Below are positions 1-11,180 of a stretch of DNA of 64,000 bases, in pieces. The stretch covers positions 1,255-65,254 of the forward strand of contig JAJYEE010000007.1 of the NCBI GenBank assembly GCA_021790335.1, in the 5' to 3' direction. The DNA comes from Pseudomonadota bacterium (lineage in GTDB: Bacteria > Pseudomonadota > Gammaproteobacteria > Acidiferrobacterales > UBA6901). The notes below the pieces were generated by a model. The model was given only the letters and a program-made list of their open reading frames with translations, searched no databases and was not told the origin of the DNA. Within the stretch, counting starts at the first letter, position 1. Every line of letters starts with the position of its first letter. Both the position numbers and the translations under genes were made by a program.

Positions 1-1
1 A

Positions 2-211
2 TTAATCGCCGGCACGGGAAATAAATGCTTCGATTCAAACTTGGCCGCACCCTATCTGGGCGATCAACACGTCACATTGCTGCAGAGGATCGCCAAAGGA
101 CCGGAGATAACGGCGATGGCCAGAGGGAACTCCAAGACAGCAAAGCAGCTGAGGCGGTACTTCGAGAAGATCGTCGCCGAGCAGGTCCGTCTGCAAAAAG
201 AGTCTGGTTGA
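2..211 (+). CDS. 3' end of an unidentified protein-coding gene entering from the left window edge (C-terminal 69 aa: ...LLQRIAKGPEITAMARGNSKTAKQLRRYFEKIVAEQVRLQKESG*)
   Basis: The frame is open from nt 2 to TGA at 209-211. It is absent from the ORF track only because it has no in-window start. The charged helical C-terminus looks protein-like, but no family was recognised. It is convergent with hisC. Confidence 0.3.
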   Translation, partial: LIAGTGNKCFDSNLAAPYLGDQHVTLLQRIAKGPEITAMARGNSKTAKQLRRYFEKIVAEQVRLQKESG

Positions 212-364
212 TTCCAGCTGTCATCCGAACAGCCCGCGCGTGGTGTGAACTTCAGGGCGATCCATTCCGACCGATGCATGTTCTGTCTTCGCTTCGGAAG
301 CGGTGACCCGCCCCGCCAGACCGGCGCAGCGATTTCAGCCGCGCGCATCCCGATTGCGTTGCGG

Positions 365-1480
365 TTATGCGTTGGCGTCTATCGCCTGCGCGAGCGCCTC
401 GAGGAAACGCTGGTTCTCTTCGGGCAGTCCGACCGTGATGCGCACGTGGCGCGGCATGCCGTAGTTGTCCACCGGCCGCACGATCACGCCCCGACGCAAG
501 AGCCGCTCATACACTTCGCGCCCCGCCAGCGGCAGCTCCACGCTGACGAAATTACCGGCTGACTCGATGAAGCCGAGCCCGAGCCTGCGGAAACCGGCGG
601 TGAGCTGGCGCATGCCTTCGCGGTTGATGCGGCGCGAGCGCTCCAGGTGATCACTGTCCTCGAGCGCGGCCAGAGCAGCGGCCTGCGCGAGACTGTTGAC
701 GTTGAACGGCTGCCGCACCCGGTTCAGCACATCCGCCAGCGCCGCACCCGACACCCCGAATCCGACGCGCAGGCCGGCAAGTCCATAGGCCTTGGAGAAC
801 GTGCGCGCCACCACCAGGTTCGGATGCTTGCCGATCCACTCGATGCCGTTGGGAAAGTCCGGTGCCTCGACGTACTCGAAATAGGCCTCGTCCAGCACAA
901 CGACCACCCGGTCGGGGAGTTCTGCCAGGAAACGCGCAAGCGCCGGCCGCGCAAGCCAGGTGCCCGTCGGATTGTTCGGGTTGGCGATGAAAACGAGCTT
1001 GGTGCGATCCGTCACCGCGCGCAGCATGGCATCGAGATCGTGGCCCCAGTTGCGCGCCGGCACGGAAACCGCGCACGCCCCTACCGCCTGGGTGACAATC
1101 GGGTAGACCGCGAAGGCATGCTGCGAAAACACCACTTCGTCGCCGTCACCCGCGAAACTGCGCGCCGCCAGTTCCAGAATGTCGTTGGAGCCGTTACCCA
1201 GCGTGACGCATTGCGGGTCCACTCCATGGTGGCGGGCGATAGCGCTCTTGAGTGCGAAGCCGCCGCCGTCCGGATAGCGCGCGATCCCCTTCGCCGCCCG
1301 CTCCAGCGCCGCCAGCGCGTGCGGGCTCGGACCCAAAGGATTCTCGTTGGATGCAAGTTTTATGGCGCCCTGCATTCCGTACTCGCGCTCCAGCTCCTCG
1401 ATCGGCTTGCCCGGCTGATAAGGCTCGAGACCCCGAACGCCGCGCACCGCCAGATCGATCATGCGGCGTGTTCCGCTCAT
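365..1480 (-). CDS. hisC: Histidinol-phosphate / aromatic aminotransferase (class II PLP aminotransferase)
   Basis: 371-aa ORF with HisC-type motifs (KLASNENPLGPSP, FIANPNNPTG, RTFSKAYGLAGLRVG with the PLP lysine). Its ATG overlaps the pheA stop (ATGA). It sits in the conserved gyrA-serC-pheA-hisC block. Confidence 0.9.
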   Translation of the reverse strand: MSGTRRMIDLAVRGVRGLEPYQPGKPIEELEREYGMQGAIKLASNENPLGPSPHALAALERAAKGIARYPDGGGFALKSAIARHHGVDPQCVTLGNGSNDILELAARSFAGDGDEVVFSQHAFAVYPIVTQAVGACAVSVPARNWGHDLDAMLRAVTDRTKLVFIANPNNPTGTWLARPALARFLAELPDRVVVVLDEAYFEYVEAPDFPNGIEWIGKHPNLVVARTFSKAYGLAGLRVGFGVSGAALADVLNRVRQPFNVNSLAQAAALAALEDSDHLERSRRINREGMRQLTAGFRRLGLGFIESAGNFVSVELPLAGREVYERLLRRGVIVRPVDNYGMPRHVRITVGLPEENQRFLEALAQAIDANA

Positions 1481-2562
1481 AACACGGCCCTTGGATAAGA
1501 CCCCAGGAGCTTTACAAAGGCAGCCTCGCGCTCGAGTTCACCGATCGCCTCGCGCACATTTTCATCGCATACATGGCCGACGATGTCGATGAAGAAAACG
1601 TATTCCCACAGCCCTTTGCGCGAAGGCCGCGATTCGATGCGTGTCATGTTGATTCCATGGCGCGCGAACGGCTCCAGCAGGCTTACCAGCGCACCCGACC
1701 GGTTCTGGCCAGACAGCAGCAGGCTGGTCTTGTCGTCGCCGCTCGGCTGCGTATCGATCTTGCCGACAACCAGGAAGCGGGTGGTATTGTCCGGCTCATC
1801 CTCGATGTTCAAAGCGAGCTTCTGCAGGCCGTAAATTTCCGAGGCCGACCCGCCCGCGATCGCCACCAGGGTCCGGTCCGCGGCGGCGAGGCGCGCCGCC
1901 TCGGCATTGCTCGCCACGCTCACACGTTCGAGCCCGGGCAGATTCGCATCGAGCCATTCGCGACACTGGGCGAGCGACTGCTGATGGGAGACGATCCTGT
2001 TCCTCCCTTCCAGACCCTCTCCCAGACCGAGCAGGTGATGGTGGATGCGCAGCTCCACTTCCCCGCAGATCTTGAGGTCGGAGCTCATGAACATGTCGAG
2101 CGTATGGTTCACCACGCCCTCGGTCGAATTCTCGATCGGCACCACTCCGAAATCCGCCGACCCGGACTCCACTTCGCGAAATATCTCGTCGATCGCGTTG
2201 AGCGGCAGCGTGCGCACAGAATGTCCGAAATGCTTGAGTGCCGCCGTCTGGGTGAAGGTTCCCTCGGGACCCAGGAAAACGACTGTCATCGGCGATTCGA
2301 GTGCGAGACAGGCCGACATGATCTCGCGGAACAGGCGCGCCATTTCCTCCCCTGCCAGCGGTCCATGGTTGCGCTCGATCACATGGCGCAACACATGCGC
2401 TTCGCGCTCCGGCCGGTAGAAATTCTCTGACCCTGCCTGGTGCTTTATCGCCGCGATCTCCTGGGCGCAGCGCGCGCGCTGCGTGATCAGGTCCTGAATT
2501 CTCTCGTCCAGGCCGTCTATCCGTTTGCGCAGATCCTGCAGGCGCTGTTGGTCGTCGCTCAT
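1477..2562 (-). CDS. pheA: Bifunctional chorismate mutase / prephenate dehydratase (P-protein)
   Basis: 361 aa with three parts: an N-terminal chorismate mutase helix region (LRKRIDGLDERIQDLITQRARCAQEIAAIK), a prephenate dehydratase core (VVFLGPEGTFTQ...VPIENSTEGVV), and a C-terminal ACT region (TSLLLS...ESRPS). Confidence 0.93.
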   Translation of the reverse strand: MSDDQQRLQDLRKRIDGLDERIQDLITQRARCAQEIAAIKHQAGSENFYRPEREAHVLRHVIERNHGPLAGEEMARLFREIMSACLALESPMTVVFLGPEGTFTQTAALKHFGHSVRTLPLNAIDEIFREVESGSADFGVVPIENSTEGVVNHTLDMFMSSDLKICGEVELRIHHHLLGLGEGLEGRNRIVSHQQSLAQCREWLDANLPGLERVSVASNAEAARLAAADRTLVAIAGGSASEIYGLQKLALNIEDEPDNTTRFLVVGKIDTQPSGDDKTSLLLSGQNRSGALVSLLEPFARHGINMTRIESRPSRKGLWEYVFFIDIVGHVCDENVREAIGELEREAAFVKLLGSYPRAVL

Positions 2563-2578
2563 TGGGTCTAGCCCGCGT

Positions 2579-3742
2579 TCAGACGATTCGCGCCATCATC
2601 ACGCCCTGTATGGCGGCGATCTGGCTGCATACCGATTCGGGCACCGGGCTGTCCAGGTCCACGACGGTGTAGGCAAAGTCGCCGCGCGAGCGATTGACCA
2701 TATCGCGGATATTGAGGTGGGCATCGGCCATCACCGTGGAGATCTGTCCGAGCATGTTCGGCACATTTGCGTTGGCGACGACCAGCCGGTGCTCGGACTC
2801 GCGCGCAACGACAACGTCCGGAAAGTTCACGGCGTTTACGATGTTTCCGTTCTCCAGGAAATCACGCACCTGATCGGCGACCATCACCGCGCAGTTGTCC
2901 TCGGCCTCGGCGGTCGAGGCGCCAAGGTGCGGAAGGGTGATCACCCGCTCATGGTTCTTAAGCAGATTTGACGGAAAGTCGCAGATGTAGGCATAGACCT
3001 TGCCAGCCTTTATGGCCGCGCTCACCGCGGCGTCGTCGATGATGCCTTCGCGCGCGAAATTGAGGATCACCACCCCGTCCTTCATGAGCTTGAGGCGCGC
3101 GGCGTTGATCATGTGGCGGGTCGCCTCGACCAGAGGCACATGAAAGCTGACGAAATCGGCCACGCGCAGCAACTCTTCGACGCTTGCGGCTTTCTTCACA
3201 TGGGCCGAAAGCTGCCAGGCACCCTCCACGGTCAGCCCCGGATCGTAGCCGACGACCTTCATGCCGAGCGCAATACCGGCATTGGCGACCGAGCGCCCGA
3301 TCGCACCAAGGCCGATTACCCCGAATGTGCGCCCAGGCAGCTCGAATCCGGCGAATTTCTTCTTGCCGGCCTCGACCGCCTTGTTGATCTCGGCATCCGT
3401 CCCCTGCAGAGTGCGCGCGAAATCCCAGGCCTCGCACACATGGCGGTAGGCGAGAATCAGCCCCGCTACAACGAGCTCCTTCACCGCGTTGGCGTTGGCC
3501 CCGGGGGCGTTGAACACCGGAATGCCCAAACGGCTGAGTTTGTCGACGGGAATGTTGTTGACGCCCGTGCCCGCCCGCCCCACCGCCTTCAGGCTGGGCG
3601 CGATCGGCATGTCGTGCATCTTGTACGAGCGCAGCAGAATCGCATCGGGCTCGGCGATGTCGTCACCGATCTGAAAGCGTGCGGAGGGAAGCCGCTCAAG
3701 ACCGGACACAGAAATATTATTTAATATCAATATCTTGAACAT
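2579..3742 (-). CDS. serA: D-3-phosphoglycerate dehydrogenase (2-hydroxyacid dehydrogenase fold plus C-terminal ACT-like domain)
   Basis: 387 aa with NAD-binding motif GVIGLGAIGRSVA, a catalytic region (NFAREGIID...LPHLGAST) and a C-terminal regulatory domain. It is packed tightly between serC and pheA. Confidence 0.85.
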   Translation of the reverse strand: MFKILILNNISVSGLERLPSARFQIGDDIAEPDAILLRSYKMHDMPIAPSLKAVGRAGTGVNNIPVDKLSRLGIPVFNAPGANANAVKELVVAGLILAYRHVCEAWDFARTLQGTDAEINKAVEAGKKKFAGFELPGRTFGVIGLGAIGRSVANAGIALGMKVVGYDPGLTVEGAWQLSAHVKKAASVEELLRVADFVSFHVPLVEATRHMINAARLKLMKDGVVILNFAREGIIDDAAVSAAIKAGKVYAYICDFPSNLLKNHERVITLPHLGASTAEAEDNCAVMVADQVRDFLENGNIVNAVNFPDVVVARESEHRLVVANANVPNMLGQISTVMADAHLNIRDMVNRSRGDFAYTVVDLDSPVPESVCSQIAAIQGVMMARIV

Positions 3743-3747
3743 TTCTG

Positions 3748-4833
3748 TTAACCTTGTTTATTGCGGAACTCTCGCATGTAATGGATGAGTGCGTCGATAC
3801 CCTCCTCGGGCATGGCATTGTAGATGCTCGCGCGCATCCCGCCGACGGAGCGGTGCCCCTTGAGCTGCAGGAGGCCGGCAGCCTTGGCACCCTTGAGGAA
3901 GGCGTCGTCGAGCGCCGGGTCGAGCAGCGTAAACGGCACGTTCATCCACGAACGGCACTTGCGCTCAACGGGGTTGCGGTAGAACCCGTCGCTGCTGTCG
4001 ATGCAGGCATAGAGCTTCTCGGCCTTGCGCGAGTTGATTTCAGCGATGGCGCGCAGCCCGCCTAGTTCCTTCAGCCATTCGAATACCAGTCCGGCCACGT
4101 ACCAGGCGTAGACCGGCGGCGTGTTGTACATCGACCCGTTGTCGGCCTGAATCTTGTAGTCGAACATGGTCGGCGTACCCGCCAGTGTCTGTCCGAGCAG
4201 ATCCTCGCGCACGATCACGATCGTGAGCCCTGCCGGCCCGATGTTCTTTTGCGCGCCGGCATAGATGAGCCCGAAGCGACGCACGTCGATGGGCCGCGAA
4301 AGAATGGTCGAGGACATGTCGGCGACCAGCACGGCCTGTCCGACGTCCGGAACATCGTGGAATTCGACGCCGCCGATGGTCTCGTTGGGCGTGTAGTGGA
4401 CATATGCGGCGTCTGGATTGAGGCGCCACTCGCCACGCGCCGGCACCGTGGTGAATTTCGATGCCTCGGAGCTGGCTGCCACGTTCACCCGGCAGAACTT
4501 GCCCGCTTCCTTGATCGCCTTCTTCGACCATTCGCCGGTGTTGATGTAGTCGGCCGTGCTCTTTCCGCGCAGCAGGTTCATGGGAACCATGGCGAACTGC
4601 GCGCTCGCCCCGCCCTGCAGGAACAGCACCTTGTATTCGGCCGGAATCGCCAGCAGATCGCGCAGATCGCGCTCGGCCTTCTCCGCGATTCCCATGAATT
4701 CCTTGCCGCGATGGCTCATCTCCATCACCGACATGCCCGAGCCATGCCAGTCCACGAGTTCCTCGCGCGCACGCTCGAGCACCGCCAGCGGCAATACCGC
4801 CGGCCCCGCACCGAAATTGAACAATCTCGTCAT
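3748..4833 (-). CDS. serC: Phosphoserine aminotransferase
   Basis: 361 aa with a typical SerC N-terminus ([18 protein letters not shown]), the FLQGGAS motif and a [14 protein letters not shown] lysine region. It lies directly downstream of gyrA. Confidence 0.95.
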   Translation of the reverse strand: MTRLFNFGAGPAVLPLAVLERAREELVDWHGSGMSVMEMSHRGKEFMGIAEKAERDLRDLLAIPAEYKVLFLQGGASAQFAMVPMNLLRGKSTADYINTGEWSKKAIKEAGKFCRVNVAASSEASKFTTVPARGEWRLNPDAAYVHYTPNETIGGVEFHDVPDVGQAVLVADMSSTILSRPIDVRRFGLIYAGAQKNIGPAGLTIVIVREDLLGQTLAGTPTMFDYKIQADNGSMYNTPPVYAWYVAGLVFEWLKELGGLRAIAEINSRKAEKLYACIDSSDGFYRNPVERKCRSWMNVPFTLLDPALDDAFLKGAKAAGLLQLKGHRSVGGMRASIYNAMPEEGIDALIHYMREFRNKQG

Positions 4834-4846
4834 CAGGGTTTCACCT

Positions 4847-7423
4847 TCAGGAATTTTGCTGCAGATCTTTCGCGCCTTCGTCGCCTTCGGACTCGGCCAC
4901 CTTTTCTACTCCGACCAGCTTCTCGCCCTCGCCCAGCTCGATCAGGCGCACGCCGAGCGTGTTGCGACCAACTACCGAAATCTCGCTGACGCGCGTGCGG
5001 ATCAACGTGCCGCCATCGGTAATGAGCATCACCTCGTCGTCGGCGCGCACCAGGGTCGCACCCACTACCGGGCCGTTGCGCTCGCTCACCTGGATGGAAA
5101 TCACGCCCTGGCCGCCGCGACCATGCCTGGGATACTCGGACAGCGGCGTGCGTTTGCCGTAACCGCGGACCGTCGCCGTCAGGACCGTGGCCTCGGCCTC
5201 GGCCGCACCCGCGATGATCAGCGACACGACCGCCTGCCCTTCCGGTAGCGCAATGCCGCGCACGCCGCGCGCAGCGCGACCCATGGTCCGCACAGCCGCC
5301 TCGCCGAAGCGTATGACCTTGCCGGCGGTGCTGAACAGCAGGATGTCGCAGCTTCCGTCCGTCAGACCGACTCCGATCAGACAGTTGCCATCGACCAGCT
5401 CGACCGCGATGATGCCGCTCGCGCGCGGCCGGGAGAATTCGCTGAGCGCCGTCTTCTTCACGGTTCCGTCGGAGGTGGCCATGAAAACGGTCTTGCCCTC
5501 CTCGAACGTCCGCACCGGGAGAATGGCATTGATGCGTTCGCCGTCTTCCAGCGGCAGCAGGTTGACAATGGGCCGGCCTCGCGCCCCGCGCCCGGCCTGC
5601 GGAATCTCGTATACCTTGAGCCAGTAGACCTTGCCGCGGTTGGAGAAACACAGGATCGTGTCATGGGTGTTGGCTATGAAAAGCTTGTCGACGAAATCCT
5701 CTTCTTTCATCGAAGTTGCGGACTTGCCGCGTCCGCCACGGCGCTGGGCGCGGTAATCGTCGAGCGGTTGGGCTTTCACGTACCCGGCATGCGACAGCGT
5801 GACCACGACATCCTCTTCGGCGATCAGGTCCTCGAGGCTGAGCGCCACCTGGCTCTCCTGGATCTCGGTGCGCCGCTTGTCCCCATACTCCGCGCGCAGC
5901 ACGCTGAGTTCCTCGCGGATAACGCGCATAAGCCGCTCGTGGCTCTGCAGGATATCCAGCAGATCGCGGATTTTTTCCAGGATCTCCTCGTACTCGCTGC
6001 GAATCTTTTCGCGCTCTAGCCCGGTCAGCCGGTGCAGACGCAGATCGAGAATCGCCTGCGCCTGGATTTCCGTCAGACGGTAGCCGTCCGGACCTAGTCC
6101 GTAGACCGCTTCCAGCCCGGCGGGCCGCGAAATGGAGCTGTCCGCGCGCTCCAGCATGCTGCCGACGATCTTCGCCGGCCACGTCCGCTGCATGAGCCCG
6201 AGCTTGGCCGTGGCCGGATCGCCCGCGGCCCTGATCAGAGCGATCACGGCGTCGATGTTCTCCAGCGCAACCGCCAGGCCCTCCAGGATATGGGCGCGCT
6301 CGCGCGACTTGCGCAGATCGAAGAGCGTGCGGCGCGTGACCACTTCGCGGCGGTGGCGTACAAACGCCTCGATGATCTCCTTCAGGTTGAGCACACGCGG
6401 CTGGCCGCCGTCGAGCGCCACCATGTTGATGCCGAATACGCTCTGCAGCGCCGTGTGCTGGTAGAGATTGTTCAGCACCACGTCGGCCACCTCGCCGCGC
6501 TTGAGCTCGATCACCATGCGCATTCCGGACTTGTCCGACTCGTCACGCAGCTCCGAAATGCCTTCCAGCTTGCCCTCCTTGACGAGCTCGGCGATCTTTT
6601 CCAGGAGCCGGGCCTTGTTTACCTGGTAGGGAAGCTCGGTCACGATGATCGACTGGCGGCCACGCTTCTCGTCGGTCTCGATCGACACACGCGCACGCAC
6701 GTAGATCTTGCCGCGTCCGGTGCGATAGGCCTCGCGGATTCCGGCGCTGCCGTTGATGATCGCGGCCGTCGGAAAATCCGGCCCCGGCACGTGCTCCATC
6801 AATCCGTCCACCGTTATGCTTTCATCGTCTATCAGTGCCATGCAGGCATTGACGATCTCGGTGAGATTGTGCGGAGGTATATTGGTGGCCATGCCCACGG
6901 CGATACCGGAGGAACCGTTCACAAGCAGGTTGGGCAGCCGCGTCGGCAGCACGACCGGCTCGAACTCCTTGCCGTCGTAGTTCGGCACGAAGTCAACGGT
7001 CTCCATCTCGATGTCCGCCAGCATTTCCGAAGCGAGCCGGGTCATGCGGCATTCGGTATAGCGATAGGCAGCCGGCGGATCGCCGTCGATCGACCCGAAG
7101 TTTCCCTGCCCGTCGGTCAGCAGGTAGCGCATCGAAAAGTCCTGCGCCATGCGCACCAGCGCATCATAGGTGGCGGTATCCCCGTGCGGGTGGAATTTGC
7201 CGAGCACGTCACCGACAATGCGCGCGCACTTGACGTACGCCCGGTTCCAGACGTTGTTGGCCTGGTGCTGGGCATAGAGAATGCGGCGATGCACCGGTTT
7301 GAGACCGTCGCGGACATCGGGGAGCGCGCGACCGACGATCACGCTCATCGCGTAATCGAGGTACGACTGGCGCATCTCCTGTTCTAGATTGACAGGAATC
7401 GTCTCTTTGGCGAATTGTTCCAT
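4847..7423 (-). CDS. gyrA: DNA gyrase subunit A
   Basis: 858 aa with an unmistakable GyrA N-terminus ([35 protein letters not shown]). The QRDR reads [17 protein letters not shown], and the active-site Tyr context is [10 protein letters not shown]-terminal beta-pinwheel repeats are present. Confidence 0.98.
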   Translation of the reverse strand: MEQFAKETIPVNLEQEMRQSYLDYAMSVIVGRALPDVRDGLKPVHRRILYAQHQANNVWNRAYVKCARIVGDVLGKFHPHGDTATYDALVRMAQDFSMRYLLTDGQGNFGSIDGDPPAAYRYTECRMTRLASEMLADIEMETVDFVPNYDGKEFEPVVLPTRLPNLLVNGSSGIAVGMATNIPPHNLTEIVNACMALIDDESITVDGLMEHVPGPDFPTAAIINGSAGIREAYRTGRGKIYVRARVSIETDEKRGRQSIIVTELPYQVNKARLLEKIAELVKEGKLEGISELRDESDKSGMRMVIELKRGEVADVVLNNLYQHTALQSVFGINMVALDGGQPRVLNLKEIIEAFVRHRREVVTRRTLFDLRKSRERAHILEGLAVALENIDAVIALIRAAGDPATAKLGLMQRTWPAKIVGSMLERADSSISRPAGLEAVYGLGPDGYRLTEIQAQAILDLRLHRLTGLEREKIRSEYEEILEKIRDLLDILQSHERLMRVIREELSVLRAEYGDKRRTEIQESQVALSLEDLIAEEDVVVTLSHAGYVKAQPLDDYRAQRRGGRGKSATSMKEEDFVDKLFIANTHDTILCFSNRGKVYWLKVYEIPQAGRGARGRPIVNLLPLEDGERINAILPVRTFEEGKTVFMATSDGTVKKTALSEFSRPRASGIIAVELVDGNCLIGVGLTDGSCDILLFSTAGKVIRFGEAAVRTMGRAARGVRGIALPEGQAVVSLIIAGAAEAEATVLTATVRGYGKRTPLSEYPRHGRGGQGVISIQVSERNGPVVGATLVRADDEVMLITDGGTLIRTRVSEISVVGRNTLGVRLIELGEGEKLVGVEKVAESEGDEGAKDLQQNS

Positions 7424-7917
7424 TTTCGATGCCGCTATGGGGACATTAGCTCAGCCAGAACCCGCGGACAGAGCGCTTTTTTTGTCGCTGTTCTTTCACA
7501 TCAGCCCAGTCCTGCGAGGCCCGGATCGGCGCTCCGGAAAAAACGAATTTTAGCACGGAAGCCATTCCCGCTGCACTCGCGACCTGCGGTACGCGCAGCC
7601 CAGCACGGTGCCGGCTCCCGCCGGCAGCCCGGAAAGACCGGTCGATCTCCGGCCCCGCCGCCCGCATTGCGCCCGACTGTGATTCCGGGAAGGGGTTGGT
7701 TGGGCACGAACGGCTTCAAGGTGACGGGTGCCTGGCGCGCAAACGGCAGTCCGCGCGCGCAAGGCACCTCATTTTATCTTGCCGGGTGAGCGTGCTGCCG
7801 ACCACCTTCCCGCTTCTGTTGCGCCGGTTCACGGCAACCGCGCCCGACGGGATCCGGCCCGTCCTATCCGACCTGCATTCGTCTCACAAGCGGTCCGGCT
7901 CAGGCCGCGGCCCCATT

Positions 7918-10593
7918 TCAGGCGCCACCGTTCTCCAGCAACACCCTCAGTTCTGCCATCAGGGCATCGTTTTCGATCTGCAGAATCCGGCCGGTGAGCA
8001 AGGCATCGGCTTCATTTTTGGCATCCAGGCACAACCGCGCCTCACGGGCCAGTCGGTGGGTCCGGGCATGGCGCTCCCGCAGGGCGGGGTAGACCGGATT
8101 CAGACCGAAGCGCGCGAACCCTTCGTGCTCCAGCCACCGCCCGAGATGGCACTGCGTCTCGGTATAGGCATCCAGCACGAGGGCCGGAAACGGTTCCTTT
8201 CCTTCCAGTGCCGCCACGAACTGGTGCACGCGATGGGTATGCGCACGGAAAATGCTGTCGGCCGCATAACCGATGGGGGCCGGAGGCGGGAATCCCGTTT
8301 CCCGCACAATACTGCCGGGACCGCACCGATACTGCTGCAACCATGCCGGCACCGCTTCTGCGAGCATGGGGCGCGCAACAAAATAGCCCTGCAGCAGGCG
8401 GCACTGGATGTCGGTCAGCAGCGCCGCCTGGCGGGAAGTCTCCACCCCTTCGGCAATCACATCCAGACCAAGCATGCGAGCCGTCATGATGAGCCCGGAT
8501 ACGATGGCCAGATCGCGCGGATCATCGAGGATGTCGCGCACGAAACTGCGGTCGATCTTCAGAGTGTGGGCCGGTATTTTCTGCAGGTAAACGAGCGAGG
8601 CATTGCCGGTCCCGAAGTCATCGAGGGAAATGCGCACACCCAGGCGCATGCAGTCCTTGAGCACACGCTGCGCTGCGTCGAAGTCCCGCAGCGGGGCACT
8701 TTCGGTTATTTCGATCTCGACATACCCGGCGGCCAGATCCGCATGACGGGCCAGCGCCTCTTGGAGGTCCTCGTGGAATCGCGGATCCAGCAGATGCAGA
8801 GCGCTGATATTGACGCAGATGCGCAGCGCCAGTCCCTGGCGGTGCCAGACTTCGGCCTCGGCAAGCGCCGAGGAGAGAACAAAACGCCCGATGGAGCGGC
8901 CGAGACGAACATGATCCAGGGCGCCGCCGAATTCAGCCGGCGTCAACAGCGTCCCGTGCCCGTCATTCAGCCTGAGCAGAGCCTCGAATCCCACCACGCT
9001 CGATTCTGCGCCATTGCCACCCATGGCGACGATGGGCTGGTAATGAAGCAGCAGCCGCCCCTCGCGCAGAGCGAGATCCATCTTTTCCCGCACCGACGCC
9101 TCATTGCTGATGCGCGTATCCAGGCTGAGGGTGTGCAGCTGGTACTGGTCACGCCCCTGCTCCTTGGCAGCGTACAGGGCGAGGTCGGCATGTCGCACAA
9201 GGCCTTCGGCATCACCCTCATCCACCGGATGCAGGGTGAAACCGAGACTGCCGGAAATGGTGACCGGTTCGCCGTGGATACTGAAGGGCCGGCGCAGCCC
9301 TTCCGAGATCCGCTCGCAGATGACGTCCAGATCGTCCATCCGTTCCAGGTCGGGAAGCAGCAGTCCGAACTCGTCACCACCCATGCGAGCCAGGGTGTCA
9401 CCGGCGCGCAGCGCAAGCTTCAGGCGCGCAACCACCTGGCACAGCAGCACGTCCCCGGCCGCATGCCCGAGCCGGTCGTTGACCTGCTTGAAGCCGTCGA
9501 GATCAAGCATTCCCACACCCAGCAGCAGTGAGCGCTTCTCGTTCTGAAGGCAAGCCTGCTGCAGGCGCTCGAAAAAAAACCGCCGGTTGGGCAGACCGGT
9601 CAAAGGATCCTCCTGCGATTGCGCCCGCATCCGCAGTACCAGATCCCCGAGGCGCACGAAGGCAAGAAAATAGCCTGAACCCACGCGCTCGAAGTATCCT
9701 GGCTCGCGAGAACCGATCATCCCTACGGCGCGCAGCGTGCCGTGTCCGAACGGCAGGCAGGTGATCTCCGTGAGATGCCCGCGCAGCTGCGCCAGCCATG
9801 GCGGTGCCCGCAGATCGTTCACCGACACCGTCACGGACTCGCCGCTCTCGAGAGCCGTCCAGGACGGATCGAGCGGCGTGCGCGGGATGTGCAAATCCGT
9901 CAGCAACTCGCCGGTCGCACAACGAAATGTCAACAGATTGTCCTCTTCCTGCACGGCATAACCCGCCCAGTCAGCCGCGCCATGGCTGACGAGTCCTCTG
10001 CACAGCTCGCTCAACAGCCGGTTGCTGTCGGGATCGTCCGCGACCTCGGGCACAGAGAGTGTCCGCAGCAGGACATCGAAAACCAGCAGTCGCTCGTCGC
10101 GGGACTCCTGGGCAATGCGGGCATGCCCGTCCAGCTGCGCCATGAGATCGCCGACAAGCAGCCGGAAGAGCACCTCGCGTAGGCGCATGCGGTTGCCGTG
10201 GGGAACGGCCGCCTCCACAGCGCTTGCCCAGTGGCGCCAGCACAGCATATAGGCTCCCGACACCCAATGAGGCTCGACGCCCAGAACGTGGTGAAGGCGG
10301 ACCACGTCCCGCACGCTTGTCGTCCAGGTAACGCCCAGACGGCTGGTTAGCAGTATCCGGACGTGCGCGGCCTGCTTGTGGGAAAGTTGCTCCACATGCT
10401 CCGCAGGGCAATGGCCCGACACCGTGGCCGTCGCCGGAAGGCGCAGGAGATAATCATAGAAATCCCGCGCCAGGACCTCGGCATCCTGAACGATCGCACC
10501 GCGATATTTCTCCAGAAGCGAGAAATCGGCGTCAGTCAGCCCCAAGAACCGGGCAAGATGCGACCCATGTCTGATTGCGTGGACCGTCCTCAT
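7918..10593 (-). CDS. Multidomain c-di-GMP enzyme: globin-coupled sensor - GAF-like - GGDEF - EAL - CZB (zinc-binding) domain
   Basis: 891 aa.
- The N-terminus resembles a protoglobin/globin-coupled sensor (FLGLTDADFSLLEKY...ARDFYDYLL...RLHHVLGVEPHWVSGAYM).
- The GGDEF domain is intact with an I-site (RAGDTLARMGGDEF).
- The EAL domain carries EALLRL, DDFGTG, KIDRSF, EGVE and QGY.
- The C-terminus has a CZB-type motif (H..H...CHLGRWL...HARTH). Confidence 0.85.
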   Translation of the reverse strand: MRTVHAIRHGSHLARFLGLTDADFSLLEKYRGAIVQDAEVLARDFYDYLLRLPATATVSGHCPAEHVEQLSHKQAAHVRILLTSRLGVTWTTSVRDVVRLHHVLGVEPHWVSGAYMLCWRHWASAVEAAVPHGNRMRLREVLFRLLVGDLMAQLDGHARIAQESRDERLLVFDVLLRTLSVPEVADDPDSNRLLSELCRGLVSHGAADWAGYAVQEEDNLLTFRCATGELLTDLHIPRTPLDPSWTALESGESVTVSVNDLRAPPWLAQLRGHLTEITCLPFGHGTLRAVGMIGSREPGYFERVGSGYFLAFVRLGDLVLRMRAQSQEDPLTGLPNRRFFFERLQQACLQNEKRSLLLGVGMLDLDGFKQVNDRLGHAAGDVLLCQVVARLKLALRAGDTLARMGGDEFGLLLPDLERMDDLDVICERISEGLRRPFSIHGEPVTISGSLGFTLHPVDEGDAEGLVRHADLALYAAKEQGRDQYQLHTLSLDTRISNEASVREKMDLALREGRLLLHYQPIVAMGGNGAESSVVGFEALLRLNDGHGTLLTPAEFGGALDHVRLGRSIGRFVLSSALAEAEVWHRQGLALRICVNISALHLLDPRFHEDLQEALARHADLAAGYVEIEITESAPLRDFDAAQRVLKDCMRLGVRISLDDFGTGNASLVYLQKIPAHTLKIDRSFVRDILDDPRDLAIVSGLIMTARMLGLDVIAEGVETSRQAALLTDIQCRLLQGYFVARPMLAEAVPAWLQQYRCGPGSIVRETGFPPPAPIGYAADSIFRAHTHRVHQFVAALEGKEPFPALVLDAYTETQCHLGRWLEHEGFARFGLNPVYPALRERHARTHRLAREARLCLDAKNEADALLTGRILQIENDALMAELRVLLENGGA

Positions 10594-11180
10594 GCCCGCC
10601 GTTCACCCTTTCTCGGGCGCGGAAACGGCGTGGAACTGCTGCAGATGTGGATGGGATCAGAGAACCACGGCAGCAAATCGAATTCGTACGTCGTCATCTT
10701 TAACCGCTCCAGAGCGTCCCTGCCGGATGGTGATGACCAAGCCGACCGCCATGAATTGCCACAACACCAGTGCTTCGGTGGTTACGTTGAAAACTTATAG
10801 CCGATTATTCTGTACTATCCAACACACGCCCCTGTGCCGGAGTCCGGTTTCGCATTTTGTTGATCTGTATCAGGCGCAGATGCAGCGTCGTGCGTACATC
10901 TCCTTAAATAACGACTTGCGCTGACGGGGAGAAGCCCCTGCCGTCATTCGGGTCCGTCCGCGCAATGTGCGTTATGTCACACAATCGCGCGCTCGGCCAT
11001 CTGCAACGGGGCTTGCCGGCCTGCACCGCCACGCAACCGTCGCCATGCTTGTGCAGCCTGCCGTCCGCCCAGGCGGACGTAACCTTCCCTTAACCGCCTG
11101 ACGTCCATACCCAGCCCGCCCGCAGCCGAGCGGTCAGATGCGATCCCGACTGCCTCATGCGCAGGGCCGGCACACGCTGC

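Noticed and set aside
7696-9531. 611-aa ORF on the plus strand, one of many very long ORFs antisense to real genes. Others: 6290-7387, 15149-16291, 28070-29695, 31707-33224, 33161-34333, 45977-47920, 48865-50526, 51379-52944, 35966-36799, 62535-63455.
   Set aside because: Each lies entirely opposite a gene with unmistakable family motifs. Their translations are Arg/Ala/Gly/Pro/His-rich low-complexity sequences without recognisable domains. Such shadow ORFs are expected in roughly 65-70% GC DNA because stop codons are rare.
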